From IMG/VR virus record IMGVR_UViG_3300021185_002806: a DNA stretch of 64,000 bases. One strand, given 5' to 3'. The translations under genes and the position numbers were made by a program. Shown here piece after piece: positions 9,027 through 17,457 of the stretch (position 1 is its first letter; each line of letters begins with the position of its first letter). Under the pieces are notes generated by a model. It searched no databases and was not told where the DNA came from. It saw only the letters and a program-made list of their open reading frames with translations. Origin of the DNA: a virus.

Positions 9027-9600
9027 GCTGAACCACAATACTTACTGCATATGCAATCGCATGTGCTTTTTTAAAATAGTAAGTACCATCTTCTGGCTTT
9101 TGCCAAACTAATTCAGAAATCTTGGACTTACTTTCGTTGAGCAAGTGCCTCTTAGCGGGTCTAATTACAGCTAGAACTTCTGCTAGTTCCATTATAGTTT
9201 GAGGCTTCATCACTTTTAAAACATCTATATGATTATGAACGTGTGCTAAGTTCTTAACAACATCCGCATGTTGTAACAAATCCCACAAAGGCTCCTTATC
9301 AATAAGACTGTCAAGGTGTGCTTCATCACGTATACCATCATACAAACTATTGTTAAGAAAATCTAACTTAAAATATCCACGTTTTTCAGCTTCTTTATAT
9401 TCTAAACTAGATAACCCAGAAATAGGATCATATGGAATAGGTTGTAGATATACACCACTATTATGCTTTGTCCAGTTATCACCTTTTTTGATACTAGCCG
9501 TTATGTGTCGAAAATGTGTAAGGACTGTGTCACGGTCAATTACATCAATATCTATATCTGTTTCTACCTTATTCATATTTTTAGTATACACTATTTCCAT
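8986..9600 (-). CDS. Miniature DNA polymerase III alpha (family C) catalytic core
   Basis: DIDID, KHNSG, YFKLDFL, IRPA, YFKKAHAIAY in DnaE order; start 9600 or 9576. Confidence 0.75.
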   Translation of the reverse strand: MEIVYTKNMNKVETDIDIDVIDRDTVLTHFRHITASIKKGDNWTKHNSGVYLQPIPYDPISGLSSLEYKEAEKRGYFKLDFLNNSLYDGIRDEAHLDSLIDKEPLWDLLQHADVVKNLAHVHNHIDVLKVMKPQTIMELAEVLAVIRPAKRHLLNESKSKISELVWQKPEDGTYYFKKAHAIAYAVSIVVQLNLFCEQVEQNAS

Positions 9601-9911
9601 ACCATTGTAAAGTATGCCGCATCAGTATCATTTTTAAAATACAATTTTCCTTGATAAGCAACATAAAAATCCTTGCAATGCGTATTGCACCAATCTACTA
9701 ATTGTGTCACGTGTCCAGCACCTTCAACTAATAATTTATCATAATTTATATCATCATGAGACATAGCAGTCCATTCTAAAAACTCTTTGTTTTCAAAATC
9801 ACTATGGAACCTTCTTAAGTTCTTTACTTTATTCTGCAATTTTCTAAGTCTTTCAAGTCGTTTCTTGACATTAGAATGTCGCATAAGTTCGCCATATTCT
9901 GCCATAGGCAT
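9591..9911 (-). CDS. Hypothetical protein
   Basis: 106-aa ORF, AGGAG RBS, consensus promoter upstream. Confidence 0.72.
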   Translation of the reverse strand: MPMAEYGELMRHSNVKKRLERLRKLQNKVKNLRRFHSDFENKEFLEWTAMSHDDINYDKLLVEGAGHVTQLVDWCNTHCKDFYVAYQGKLYFKNDTDAAYFTMVWK

Positions 9912-9931
9912 TTCTCCTAGATATATATCTG

Positions 9932-9960
9932 ATTATATACGATTATATACGATTTGTCAA
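9932..9960 (-). promoter_or_regulatory. Consensus sigma70 promoter
   Basis: TTGACA-N17-TATAAT; contains tandem gattatatac x2. Confidence 0.85.
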
Positions 9961-9962
9961 TA

Positions 9963-9970
9963 GATAAATA
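9963..9970 (+). promoter_or_regulatory. Late promoter GATAAATA (divergent)
   Basis: 26 nt before ATG 9997. Confidence 0.6.
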
Positions 9971-9996
9971 CGTATATAATATTATGAAAGTTTACA

Positions 9997-11028
9997 ATGA
10001 AAATTAAGTTATTAGATTTAGATATCGATTTAAATAATGAAATAGACCTTCACTTCTTGCATGAAAAGATATTGTATATAAAATATCTAAATTTACGCAA
10101 TATAGAAAGTAGTGATATTTATACCAAAATATATAGAAAAGAGGTAGAAGAACTATGGCTTGAAAAGGCGCTAACAGGAAGTTGGCATTCAAACTCTAAA
10201 AAAGTATATAGATATGATGATGATAAGTACGAAAATGTGAGTGAAGACTTTACAATGTGCTGGAAGAAAACAGACAAAGACTTCGATAAACTTATTATCA
10301 ATCTAACAAGCTATGCCGGACATGATGGCAGACTTACAAGTTCATTAACAAATGTGAGTGATAAAATATATAACCTCGATACAGATTTATTAATTGTAAA
10401 TGAGGATCCATTACGGTTTCCTGAATCTTTATACCCTAGTGCAATGGTGTTAGGATGTAGTGATAAAAATAATACACAAGAAAAAATGTGTAATCAAATA
10501 AGAGAGTATATCAAAAAGAAATACAGACATGTTATAATATATGCAGATTCAAAACATGCCGGTAGTGCCGTAAGTATAGCATATGAATTAAGTGATATTG
10601 TAACAAATGTACTAACTACAGGCGGACAAACAACATATTCATGGGAGCATTCTCCTTGGATTAAATCATATATGAAATGGCATAATAGACCAGAACATCT
10701 TAAGGACCAAAACTTAATAATGTTAGATGTTGCAATGATGCATTTAGTAAAATGTTGGGGGTTTAAAAAGTTAGATATTAATAATAAGACACTAGACCCA
10801 TATAGATATCTAGGCGGATATCCTAATATAAAAGTAGATTACCTATATGGAAAATATGATACCGATTACAGTGGGTTTACAGATTATGTAAAACAGTTTG
10901 ATTTTGAAAATTTGTGTGTTACAGAAATCGATTATAAGATATCAGACCATCAAAATCATAACATAAGACCGTATGTAGATAGAAAAATACTTAAAGATTT
11001 TATATATAATCTTCCAGACTCTTTATAA
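9997..11028 (+). CDS. Hypothetical protein, possibly alpha/beta-hydrolase-like
   Basis: 343-aa very AT-rich ORF; IIYADSKHAGSAVSIA resembles a nucleophile elbow (weak). Confidence 0.65.
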   Translation: MKIKLLDLDIDLNNEIDLHFLHEKILYIKYLNLRNIESSDIYTKIYRKEVEELWLEKALTGSWHSNSKKVYRYDDDKYENVSEDFTMCWKKTDKDFDKLIINLTSYAGHDGRLTSSLTNVSDKIYNLDTDLLIVNEDPLRFPESLYPSAMVLGCSDKNNTQEKMCNQIREYIKKKYRHVIIYADSKHAGSAVSIAYELSDIVTNVLTTGGQTTYSWEHSPWIKSYMKWHNRPEHLKDQNLIMLDVAMMHLVKCWGFKKLDINNKTLDPYRYLGGYPNIKVDYLYGKYDTDYSGFTDYVKQFDFENLCVTEIDYKISDHQNHNIRPYVDRKILKDFIYNLPDSL

Positions 11029-11785
11029 AATCTGGTCTGCTAATACGTGTCTTCTTTAGTAAACGTTGAGTATACCAATTCAATAAATCCATTTTATGCA
11101 GATTATATAAATCTTGGTAATGTATAAATCTTTCTCTATCAACATCACCGTATATAGATATATCTTTAGGTGATAAATTATCAATATCATTTACTACGAA
11201 AAGTTTATCTTTTGGGATACATATTAACGCACCCTTTTGCTTGTCTACTTGCGCCTTGAAGACGCCATAAAACGCCCTGAGAGCATCATCGTCTTCTTCG
11301 TGCATCCTACTAGTATAATATTCATTACATGCAACTTTAAACATAGAATTAAAATCTAAAGAAATAGACAGAAACTTGGTATGTGTACTATTAAATTTAT
11401 TCGTTATTGTTCTATAGATTTCAGGGTTATCATAAGGTGAATCTAGTATCAATCTAGGATGTGTATTAAACAATACCTTAGTTGGTGAAAGTGAATCAAA
11501 ATGAGGTTGAAAATCTAACCATATTTTATGCGATAGCATATAGTCTGTATAGTTTTCAACATGTTCATATCCGTTTCCTCTTAGGCCTAACGCATATCTA
11601 TTTCTTCTTACTATTGCTTTATCTGTTTCCCAATATCTATCATGTTCATCCATAGTGGCATAGTTATCATAATAACCTTTAACAGAGTAAGAAATTATAC
11701 CAGATAAGTAATCACCATAAGTTCCAGCGAAATATTCTAATAAGTGTGTTTGTTGATTTAATTTTTTTGGTATATGGTGTTTCAT
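11000..11785 (-). CDS. Hypothetical protein, putative paralogue of 4308-5069
   Basis: N-terminal YFAGTYGDY loop; start MKHH via ATGA overlap with the PRTase stop. Confidence 0.68.
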   Translation of the reverse strand: MKHHIPKKLNQQTHLLEYFAGTYGDYLSGIISYSVKGYYDNYATMDEHDRYWETDKAIVRRNRYALGLRGNGYEHVENYTDYMLSHKIWLDFQPHFDSLSPTKVLFNTHPRLILDSPYDNPEIYRTITNKFNSTHTKFLSISLDFNSMFKVACNEYYTSRMHEEDDDALRAFYGVFKAQVDKQKGALICIPKDKLFVVNDIDNLSPKDISIYGDVDRERFIHYQDLYNLHKMDLLNWYTQRLLKKTRISRPDFIKSLEDYI

Positions 11786-12288
11786 GTTTCCCAAGGAAAT
11801 GTTATCCAATTGTCATCTTCTGAGTATAGTTCTTCATAATAATAATCAGTATCTACAATAGAATTTGGATCCATAATAAGTGATGCAAACTTAACATTAT
11901 CGTGCCAAATGTTTTCCCAAGTTAACGTATCGTTAGGTAAGCAACCAGCTTTCCAATCATTCATGAGCCATGCAAGAGCATCACCGCCACGATTGATATC
12001 GTCAATAACTAATATGTTTTTTTGCTTATCTTTGTAACCAAAGGCATCTTCTGCCATCCAGCAATTACTTTCTGTATTTTCTTCAAGTCCATCTGCACCA
12101 AGTTGTATTGAAAGTGTATGCATTGGAATGTTAGTCATATGAGATAACATAACCGCTGGTACTAACCCACCACGTGTTATACCAACAATATAATCAGGTC
12201 TCCATTCACTTTCATACATTTGCATTGCAATGTGTTGAATGCCTTTTTCTACTTTAGACCAATCATAATTAATCTTCTTCATCTTCAT
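11782..12288 (-). CDS. Type I phosphoribosyltransferase (purine salvage-like)
   Basis: IVGITRGGLVPA, ILVIDDINRGG, WITFPWE. Confidence 0.85.
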   Translation of the reverse strand: MKMKKINYDWSKVEKGIQHIAMQMYESEWRPDYIVGITRGGLVPAVMLSHMTNIPMHTLSIQLGADGLEENTESNCWMAEDAFGYKDKQKNILVIDDINRGGDALAWLMNDWKAGCLPNDTLTWENIWHDNVKFASLIMDPNSIVDTDYYYEELYSEDDNWITFPWET

Positions 12289-12781
12289 CCTCCGGTCCTG
12301 GTGAATTCAAAAATGCATCTGCGATTTTATATTGCTCATATATATCTGCAAGTACTTTATATTTTTCTAAAGTCTTTTCATCAGGCTTTTGTAAAACTTT
12401 TAATCTTTTTGAAATATCATCTACTTGTTCAATGACTTCGCTCATTTTTCTTTCTTTGCCATTAACTGTCACATGCAAATCTGGATCTACATCTTCAAAC
12501 GTGTACCCACTTCCGCCTAGTGTCAAACTAGAAGGTGAACTACTATATGTATAATCTGGCAACGTGACAGTAGTTGGAGAAGTCGATGTAACTGTCAAAT
12601 CAAAAGTAGAATCGCTTAATATAAAATCTTCATCGACTCTTTGTCTTTCTAATTCTTCTTTTTTCCAAGTTTGTATTTCGTCAAATTCTTCCAGTAATTC
12701 TTTTTCCATACTTCCACTAATTCTTCTAGTCACAGTTTTGCCTCCATCTGGACTTTCATAAATATATTTTTTATCATTCAT
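12269..12781 (-). CDS. Hypothetical protein
   Basis: 170-aa ORF overlapping neighbours; YIYESPDGGKTV N-terminus, Ser/Thr-rich linker. Confidence 0.7.
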   Translation of the reverse strand: MNDKKYIYESPDGGKTVTRRISGSMEKELLEEFDEIQTWKKEELERQRVDEDFILSDSTFDLTVTSTSPTTVTLPDYTYSSSPSSLTLGGSGYTFEDVDPDLHVTVNGKERKMSEVIEQVDDISKRLKVLQKPDEKTLEKYKVLADIYEQYKIADAFLNSPGPEDEDEED

Positions 12782-12971
12782 TTTTTTCCTCGACTTTTCT
12801 TAACGACCAACTGCCATCAGAATTTTCTATCCATTCCAACTCATCTTCATCGCTCCAGCCTAAACTTTTGATAACATCTTGTGGTAATACAAAATAACAT
12901 TCTTTTGTGTCAGGGTCTTCTTGTATTTCTACCACTCTTGATGTTGCATGTGATACTTTTTTAGTTGCCAT
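12774..12971 (-). CDS. AbrB/SpoVT-like small DNA-binding protein
   Basis: FVLPQDVIKSLGWSDEDELEW pattern. Confidence 0.6.
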   Translation of the reverse strand: MATKKVSHATSRVVEIQEDPDTKECYFVLPQDVIKSLGWSDEDELEWIENSDGSWSLRKVEEKNE

Positions 12972-13135
12972 TACCGTTTCCCTTCTAAAAACTTTAAACG
13001 CTTTTCATAACGTTTGTTTTGTTCTAATAGATCCATCACTTGCGACTGCAAGACCTTTAGTGTCCTATTAGTTTGGTCTAAGGTATCTTTCAAACTATCT
13101 ATTTTTTTAAATAGTAATTCATCTTTTGGGTTCAT
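12971..13135 (-). CDS. Small coiled-coil hypothetical protein (54 aa)
   Basis: Manually translated MNPKDELLFKKIDSLK...LKFLEGKR*; fills the gap with 4-nt and 1-nt overlaps. Confidence 0.62.
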   Translation of the reverse strand: MNPKDELLFKKIDSLKDTLDQTNRTLKVLQSQVMDLLEQNKRYEKRLKFLEGKR

Positions 13136-13806
13136 ATTTTTGCTGTCTCCAAAACTTGTTTTACAAAAAGAACATCTTCGTTCCTAACTTGAAATTTTCT
13201 TGACCAAAATGTAGGTTCAAGATATTCATTAATCAAATTCAACTCATGGTCATTAAAACTATTTAAAAGTTCAGAACCAGAAGCAGAATTAAAAATAATC
13301 CAAGGGCTAATGCGTCCTGATTTGATCCAGTGTATAGCACGTGGCTTACTAATCTCCCTAAAGAATACATTATACGGTCTATCATTTTCCATTCCCCATT
13401 GTTGCATCAATAAAATGCCTCTTTCAACTGCACGTTCGGCAGTCTCTTTCTTATTTAGTTCTCTAATGTATGTCTCATACACTGCATCAGAGCACCATTT
13501 ATCTAACTTGACTCCACTTGTTATAACAAAATCTATAAACTTTTCTGGGTCTATTGCATTTACGTCTATAATATATTTACCAAATTTTGTAAATGCAGTA
13601 TAGTAACTACTCTTTGCAAAAGATTCATATGTTCTTTTCTTGCTACCCACAGCCTGTGATATTTCGTAAAATCTGTTATAAGCTAAAAATCCTAATCTAA
13701 CATACTTAGAATCCTTATTTGTAAATCTTCTTTTTTGTTCGCACATATGAGCGATAAGAGTTTTCTCCCTCTTAAAACTTCTATTACAAAATTTACATTC
13801 AAACAT
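13132..13806 (-). CDS. Zn-finger protein, possibly gp59-like helicase loader
   Basis: CKFC...H.C N-terminus; helical body with PRAIHWIKSGRISPW; gp59 link is inference. Confidence 0.55.
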   Translation of the reverse strand: MFECKFCNRSFKREKTLIAHMCEQKRRFTNKDSKYVRLGFLAYNRFYEISQAVGSKKRTYESFAKSSYYTAFTKFGKYIIDVNAIDPEKFIDFVITSGVKLDKWCSDAVYETYIRELNKKETAERAVERGILLMQQWGMENDRPYNVFFREISKPRAIHWIKSGRISPWIIFNSASGSELLNSFNDHELNLINEYLEPTFWSRKFQVRNEDVLFVKQVLETAKI

Positions 13807-13822
13807 CTATCATTACTCTTTC

Positions 13823-13899
13823 TGGCGGACCCGAGAGGATTCGAACCTCTGACCTCCTGTTTCGTAGACAGGCATTCTATCCAGCTGAACTACGGGTCC
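13823..13899 (-). tRNA. tRNA-Arg(ACG)
   Basis: 77-nt cloverleaf: acceptor GGACCCG/CGGGTCC, anticodon loop CTACGAA, GGTTCGAATCC, A20, encoded CCA. Confidence 0.97.
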
Positions 13900-13906
13900 G
13901 TTCGGT

Positions 13907-14395
13907 TTAATAGCTATTGGCTTCTCCGTCTGCTTCAACGGCTTGCACACCGCCATGGATTTGCCAATTGCAACCCTGTGACTCATAACCTTTTTCTTCT
14001 AAAAACTCATATCGGGATTGCCATTCTTCGCTTTCCAATTGAGCATCATAGTCTTCTTCTAGTTTTTCTTTATCTTCATCAGACCATGCGTTATCGCCAC
14101 TTCCATAAAAAACAAAGTCTTCTGCACAACCATCAAATGAGTCAATCATTTCGATATTTTCATAATCTTCGAAATCCCATATCTCACCATCTTCGCCTAA
14201 AGACGATTGTAAGTATTCGCATTCTTCTTCGTTTGTTATAGTAATTCTAAATGTACCATTACGCCACAATATTTCTGTGTTAAGTGCTTTTCCACTTTCA
14301 TGTCTAAACATTTCAATCTCTGTTAGACTTTTCTTAAAATAAGCATTAATATCATATGAGCCGCCTACTTTAATTTCAGTTACTTCTTCACTCAT
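13907..14395 (-). CDS. Acidic hypothetical protein
   Basis: 162-aa ORF. Confidence 0.72.
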   Translation of the reverse strand: MSEEVTEIKVGGSYDINAYFKKSLTEIEMFRHESGKALNTEILWRNGTFRITITNEEECEYLQSSLGEDGEIWDFEDYENIEMIDSFDGCAEDFVFYGSGDNAWSDEDKEKLEEDYDAQLESEEWQSRYEFLEEKGYESQGCNWQIHGGVQAVEADGEANSY

Positions 14396-14558
14396 CGCTC
14401 ACGCCTTTCACTGCATTTACAAGTTCTTCTACTCTATCTTCTAATACACCAATAGTAGTATGTAGATGTCCGGTCGCTGTTGGTTGAATTCTTTCTTGCA
14501 GTATGCCAATTTCTTTTTGTAATACTCTAATTGTGTTTACTAATTCATCATTTGTCAT
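14388..14558 (-). CDS. Small hypothetical protein (56 aa)
   Basis: Manually translated MTNDELVNTIRVLQKEI...TGHLHTTIGVLEDRVEEL...; ATGA overlap with upstream gene. Confidence 0.65.
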   Translation of the reverse strand: MTNDELVNTIRVLQKEIGILQERIQPTATGHLHTTIGVLEDRVEELVNAVKGVSDE

Positions 14559-15037
14559 TTCTTTTTCCTTTTTTTAGTTTTACCAAAAATGTCTTCAAAC
14601 TCTTTATCGCTCATTCCAGTATCTCTTGCCATTTGTTTTATATCATCATCAGAATTCAACTGTCTAAACAATTCAATTTCATCGCCTTTCATATGAGGGT
14701 ATGTTTGTGCTATAAACTGGGTAACTGTATCTTTCTTAATACGAGAATTTGGTGGTTTGATATATTCATGAAATTGTTTTTTGCCAGTTGATGTTAAACA
14801 AAATAACTTCCACATCAAATCTTCATGCTTATATAAATCTGTGTAATTCTTATTTACAAATTCATTTGTATTAAGTAACACTTCATCTTTGTCTTTTCCT
14901 TTGGCACTACTTGCATATCTAAGAAACAACCAGCTTGAAAACGTCTTCTTTTGTTCATCCGCAAGGTTGGAATACCAATCAAAGTCTCTGCGATCCATCG
15001 CACTGAGCATATCCTTTAGTGGTATTTTGTCTGCCAT
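14555..15037 (-). CDS. Probable clamp-loader small subunit (T4 gp62-like)
   Basis: LSAMDRRD..WY...KKTFSSWLFLRYASS pattern; replication-cluster context. Confidence 0.55.
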   Translation of the reverse strand: MADKIPLKDMLSAMDRRDFDWYSNLADEQKKTFSSWLFLRYASSAKGKDKDEVLLNTNEFVNKNYTDLYKHEDLMWKLFCLTSTGKKQFHEYIKPPNSRIKKDTVTQFIAQTYPHMKGDEIELFRQLNSDDDIKQMARDTGMSDKEFEDIFGKTKKRKKK

Positions 15038-15046
15038 TTTTACTCC

Positions 15047-15550
15047 TTAGAAAAAATCATAACTGTTTAATACGTCTGGAATTCTATTTAAGTCTTTAAC
15101 GAAATATGCACACTTTGGTTTAGGACCATGCTCTAATGGTATAACTAATATATGTCCATATTTTAGTTTTGGAAAAAACCATTTTACATCTGCAAATACG
15201 TTGTTAACTTTAATGTCTTCCCACCCCATTGTAAAGCCTGCGAGAGGATTTGTCAAGATAGTTTGAAAGGATCTTTCATTAATACTTGTCAATGGAATAA
15301 ATTCTAATTGTCCTAAGTCAGGATCTCCAATTAAAATATTCCAATCTATTGGCATTTCTATTGTCCAAGGGCCGATACTTAAGTTAATACTAGGTGCGTT
15401 AAATGTTTCAATAAACACTAATGGAATAAAAAAGAAGTCTGGTTCATTCTTATCTGTTACATCCATTACGCAATATCTTATGTCTTCAATTTCATTTTCT
15501 GGTAGACTGTTCATTTCATAACAGTGATTTTCTGGTGTTAAAATTTTCAT
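15047..15550 (-). CDS. Hypothetical all-beta protein coupled to uvsW
   Basis: 167 aa; TAATG overlap with the uvsW stop. Confidence 0.75.
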   Translation of the reverse strand: MKILTPENHCYEMNSLPENEIEDIRYCVMDVTDKNEPDFFFIPLVFIETFNAPSINLSIGPWTIEMPIDWNILIGDPDLGQLEFIPLTSINERSFQTILTNPLAGFTMGWEDIKVNNVFADVKWFFPKLKYGHILVIPLEHGPKPKCAYFVKDLNRIPDVLNSYDFF

Positions 15551-16995
15551 TAATAATTTACCTTATCTATTGTAAAAGGATACTCTGCATCCTTATAATA
15601 TTTTTTACGTTCTGTTAAATGGCGTCTACTGAATTTACATCTACTTGTTACATCCCAAACATTCACAAAGTCTTTATCTTTTGCAATACGCACGCCTCGT
15701 CCTATAGACTGTATTACACGTACAAAACTTTTGCCTGGTTCAAGCAATACCAGATTGAATATTCTTGGAATATTAATTCCCACCGCGGCGACACCGTAAG
15801 TCGCAATAGTTATTGAATTTGTTGCTTGATTAATTTCATCATATGCATCTTTTCTATCAACTACTTTCATTGATCCCTGAACGAATTCAGAACCATCTAA
15901 TAGTTCTTGTAACATATTTCCGTTACTAATTCTACCAGTTAAAACTAATGTATTGCCTGATTTAGATATATCCTTAATCATATTTGCCACATACTGCATA
16001 CGTTTTTTATCTTCTAATAAAAACTTTAGTTCGCTTTGATAGTCACCATACTCTGCTGTTTCGCACGTTTGTACAATATTAACATGACACTTAGCAAGTA
16101 CCCCTTGGTCTTGTAACTCTTTGGCCGCTAGTTTATTGATAACTTGTCCCAATGAACTTCTCAATGAAGCTGATTCCCAATCACTCTTTGGTATAGTTCC
16201 AGTCAAGCCCCAACGAATAGGAACATTCGAAAATACACCAGTTAGTAATTCTTTGAGTACATCTGCCTTTGCCTGATGAACCTCATCGACCATAACACAG
16301 ATTACGTCTTCAATAAATTCCTGTATATTCGCTTCACCTTTTTTAGATTTTTTCAATAGCGAATTCAAACTTTGCCAAGTACAGATTGTGTGCGTTTTTC
16401 CTATATCTTTCTTATCACCAAAATACACACCCACGTCCAATCCACAGTTTTCATAATCTTCAAATGTTTGCCTTACCAAATCCTTATTTGGTACAATCAC
16501 AATACTACGACCATAAATTTCTACTATCTTAGATAAAGTGGCTGTTATAATAGTCTTTCCTGCGCCTGTGGCGACCTCTTGTAAGCATTGTGGATACTCT
16601 ATGAACTTATTGACAATATCTACCTGATAGTCTCTTAAAATGATGTTTTCGCCCTCTGCTACATGTCCAGTTGGCCATACAGTATCACCCCAATAATCTT
16701 CCGATACTTTTGTGAATTCCAAAGAGTGCGTTTCTCTGTTATCTTCAATTTTTACTTCATACCCATTGTCCATTATAACTGGCAATACATCATCAAGTAA
16801 ATTTAAAAATGTTCTACCACCAACATCGCAGAACCTCACTGTACCATCCCAACGTCCTAATTTAAATGCTGGCATATGATACGCATGTGGCAAGAAAAAC
16901 TTTAACTTGTCAGAACACTTCCTACGAGTAGCCGGGTCGAGTCCTTCTAATTTAATGTTTACTTCATCCTTGATTTTAATGATACATTCTTTCAT
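15550..16995 (-). CDS. uvsW: UvsW-like SF2 DNA helicase
   Basis: ATGAGKT, VDEVH, GLTGT, QSIGRGVR. Confidence 0.9.
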   Translation of the reverse strand: MKECIIKIKDEVNIKLEGLDPATRRKCSDKLKFFLPHAYHMPAFKLGRWDGTVRFCDVGGRTFLNLLDDVLPVIMDNGYEVKIEDNRETHSLEFTKVSEDYWGDTVWPTGHVAEGENIILRDYQVDIVNKFIEYPQCLQEVATGAGKTIITATLSKIVEIYGRSIVIVPNKDLVRQTFEDYENCGLDVGVYFGDKKDIGKTHTICTWQSLNSLLKKSKKGEANIQEFIEDVICVMVDEVHQAKADVLKELLTGVFSNVPIRWGLTGTIPKSDWESASLRSSLGQVINKLAAKELQDQGVLAKCHVNIVQTCETAEYGDYQSELKFLLEDKKRMQYVANMIKDISKSGNTLVLTGRISNGNMLQELLDGSEFVQGSMKVVDRKDAYDEINQATNSITIATYGVAAVGINIPRIFNLVLLEPGKSFVRVIQSIGRGVRIAKDKDFVNVWDVTSRCKFSRRHLTERKKYYKDAEYPFTIDKVNY

Positions 16996-16998
16996 CTA

Positions 16999-17325
16999 TT
17001 AATCCATATAATCCGAATACATATAATTTAAATATGCATGGCCATCTTCTGTTAATCTTTCTGGCGTCCAAGCTGGATTAAATGTGACTTCTACTTTACA
17101 GTCATTAATACCATCTACCGCCGTTGCCGCATCCTTCACATCTTGTACAATGATATCTGCCGCTGGACAGAATGCACTTGTCAAACTCATAGTGATATCG
17201 CAGTAACCTGTTCCTACTACTACATCATATATCAGTCCTAGATTATATACATCACACCCCATTTCAGGGTCATGCACACCTTTGAGATTTTCTATAATCT
17301 TATTTTTTGTTTCTTCTACATTCAT
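16999..17325 (-). CDS. sufT: SufT/DUF59 Fe-S cluster maturation protein
   Basis: DPEMG..VYNLGLIY, MSLTSAFCP, FNPAWTPE. Confidence 0.85.
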   Translation of the reverse strand: MNVEETKNKIIENLKGVHDPEMGCDVYNLGLIYDVVVGTGYCDITMSLTSAFCPAADIIVQDVKDAATAVDGINDCKVEVTFNPAWTPERLTEDGHAYLNYMYSDYMD

Positions 17326-17334
17326 TATGATTTG

Positions 17335-17363
17335 ATTATAGCATGTTTCGAAAGAAAATGCAA
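17335..17363 (-). promoter_or_regulatory. sigma70-like promoter of sufT-uvsW operon
   Basis: TTGCAT-N17-TATAAT with extended -10 TG. Confidence 0.72.
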
Positions 17364-17374
17364 TAGTATAAATG

Positions 17375-17417
17375 AAAAAAGACGATACTAGGCGAGTGAG
17401 AGAAACCTAGTACCGTC
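17375..17417 (-). terminator. Intrinsic terminator after the AAA ATPase gene
   Basis: Stem gacgatactagg/cctagtaccgtc followed by T6 on the minus strand. Confidence 0.7.
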
Positions 17418-17457
17418 TCGGTATAACTAAGATGGCTCTTAGTTAACTGTTGTAGCT

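Noticed and set aside
9931-9953. gattatatac tandem repeat as a replication-origin iteron
   Set aside because: Only two copies, fully explained as part of the sigma70 promoter
13735-14241. 168-aa + strand ORF
   Set aside because: Runs across the tRNA and antisense to a real gene
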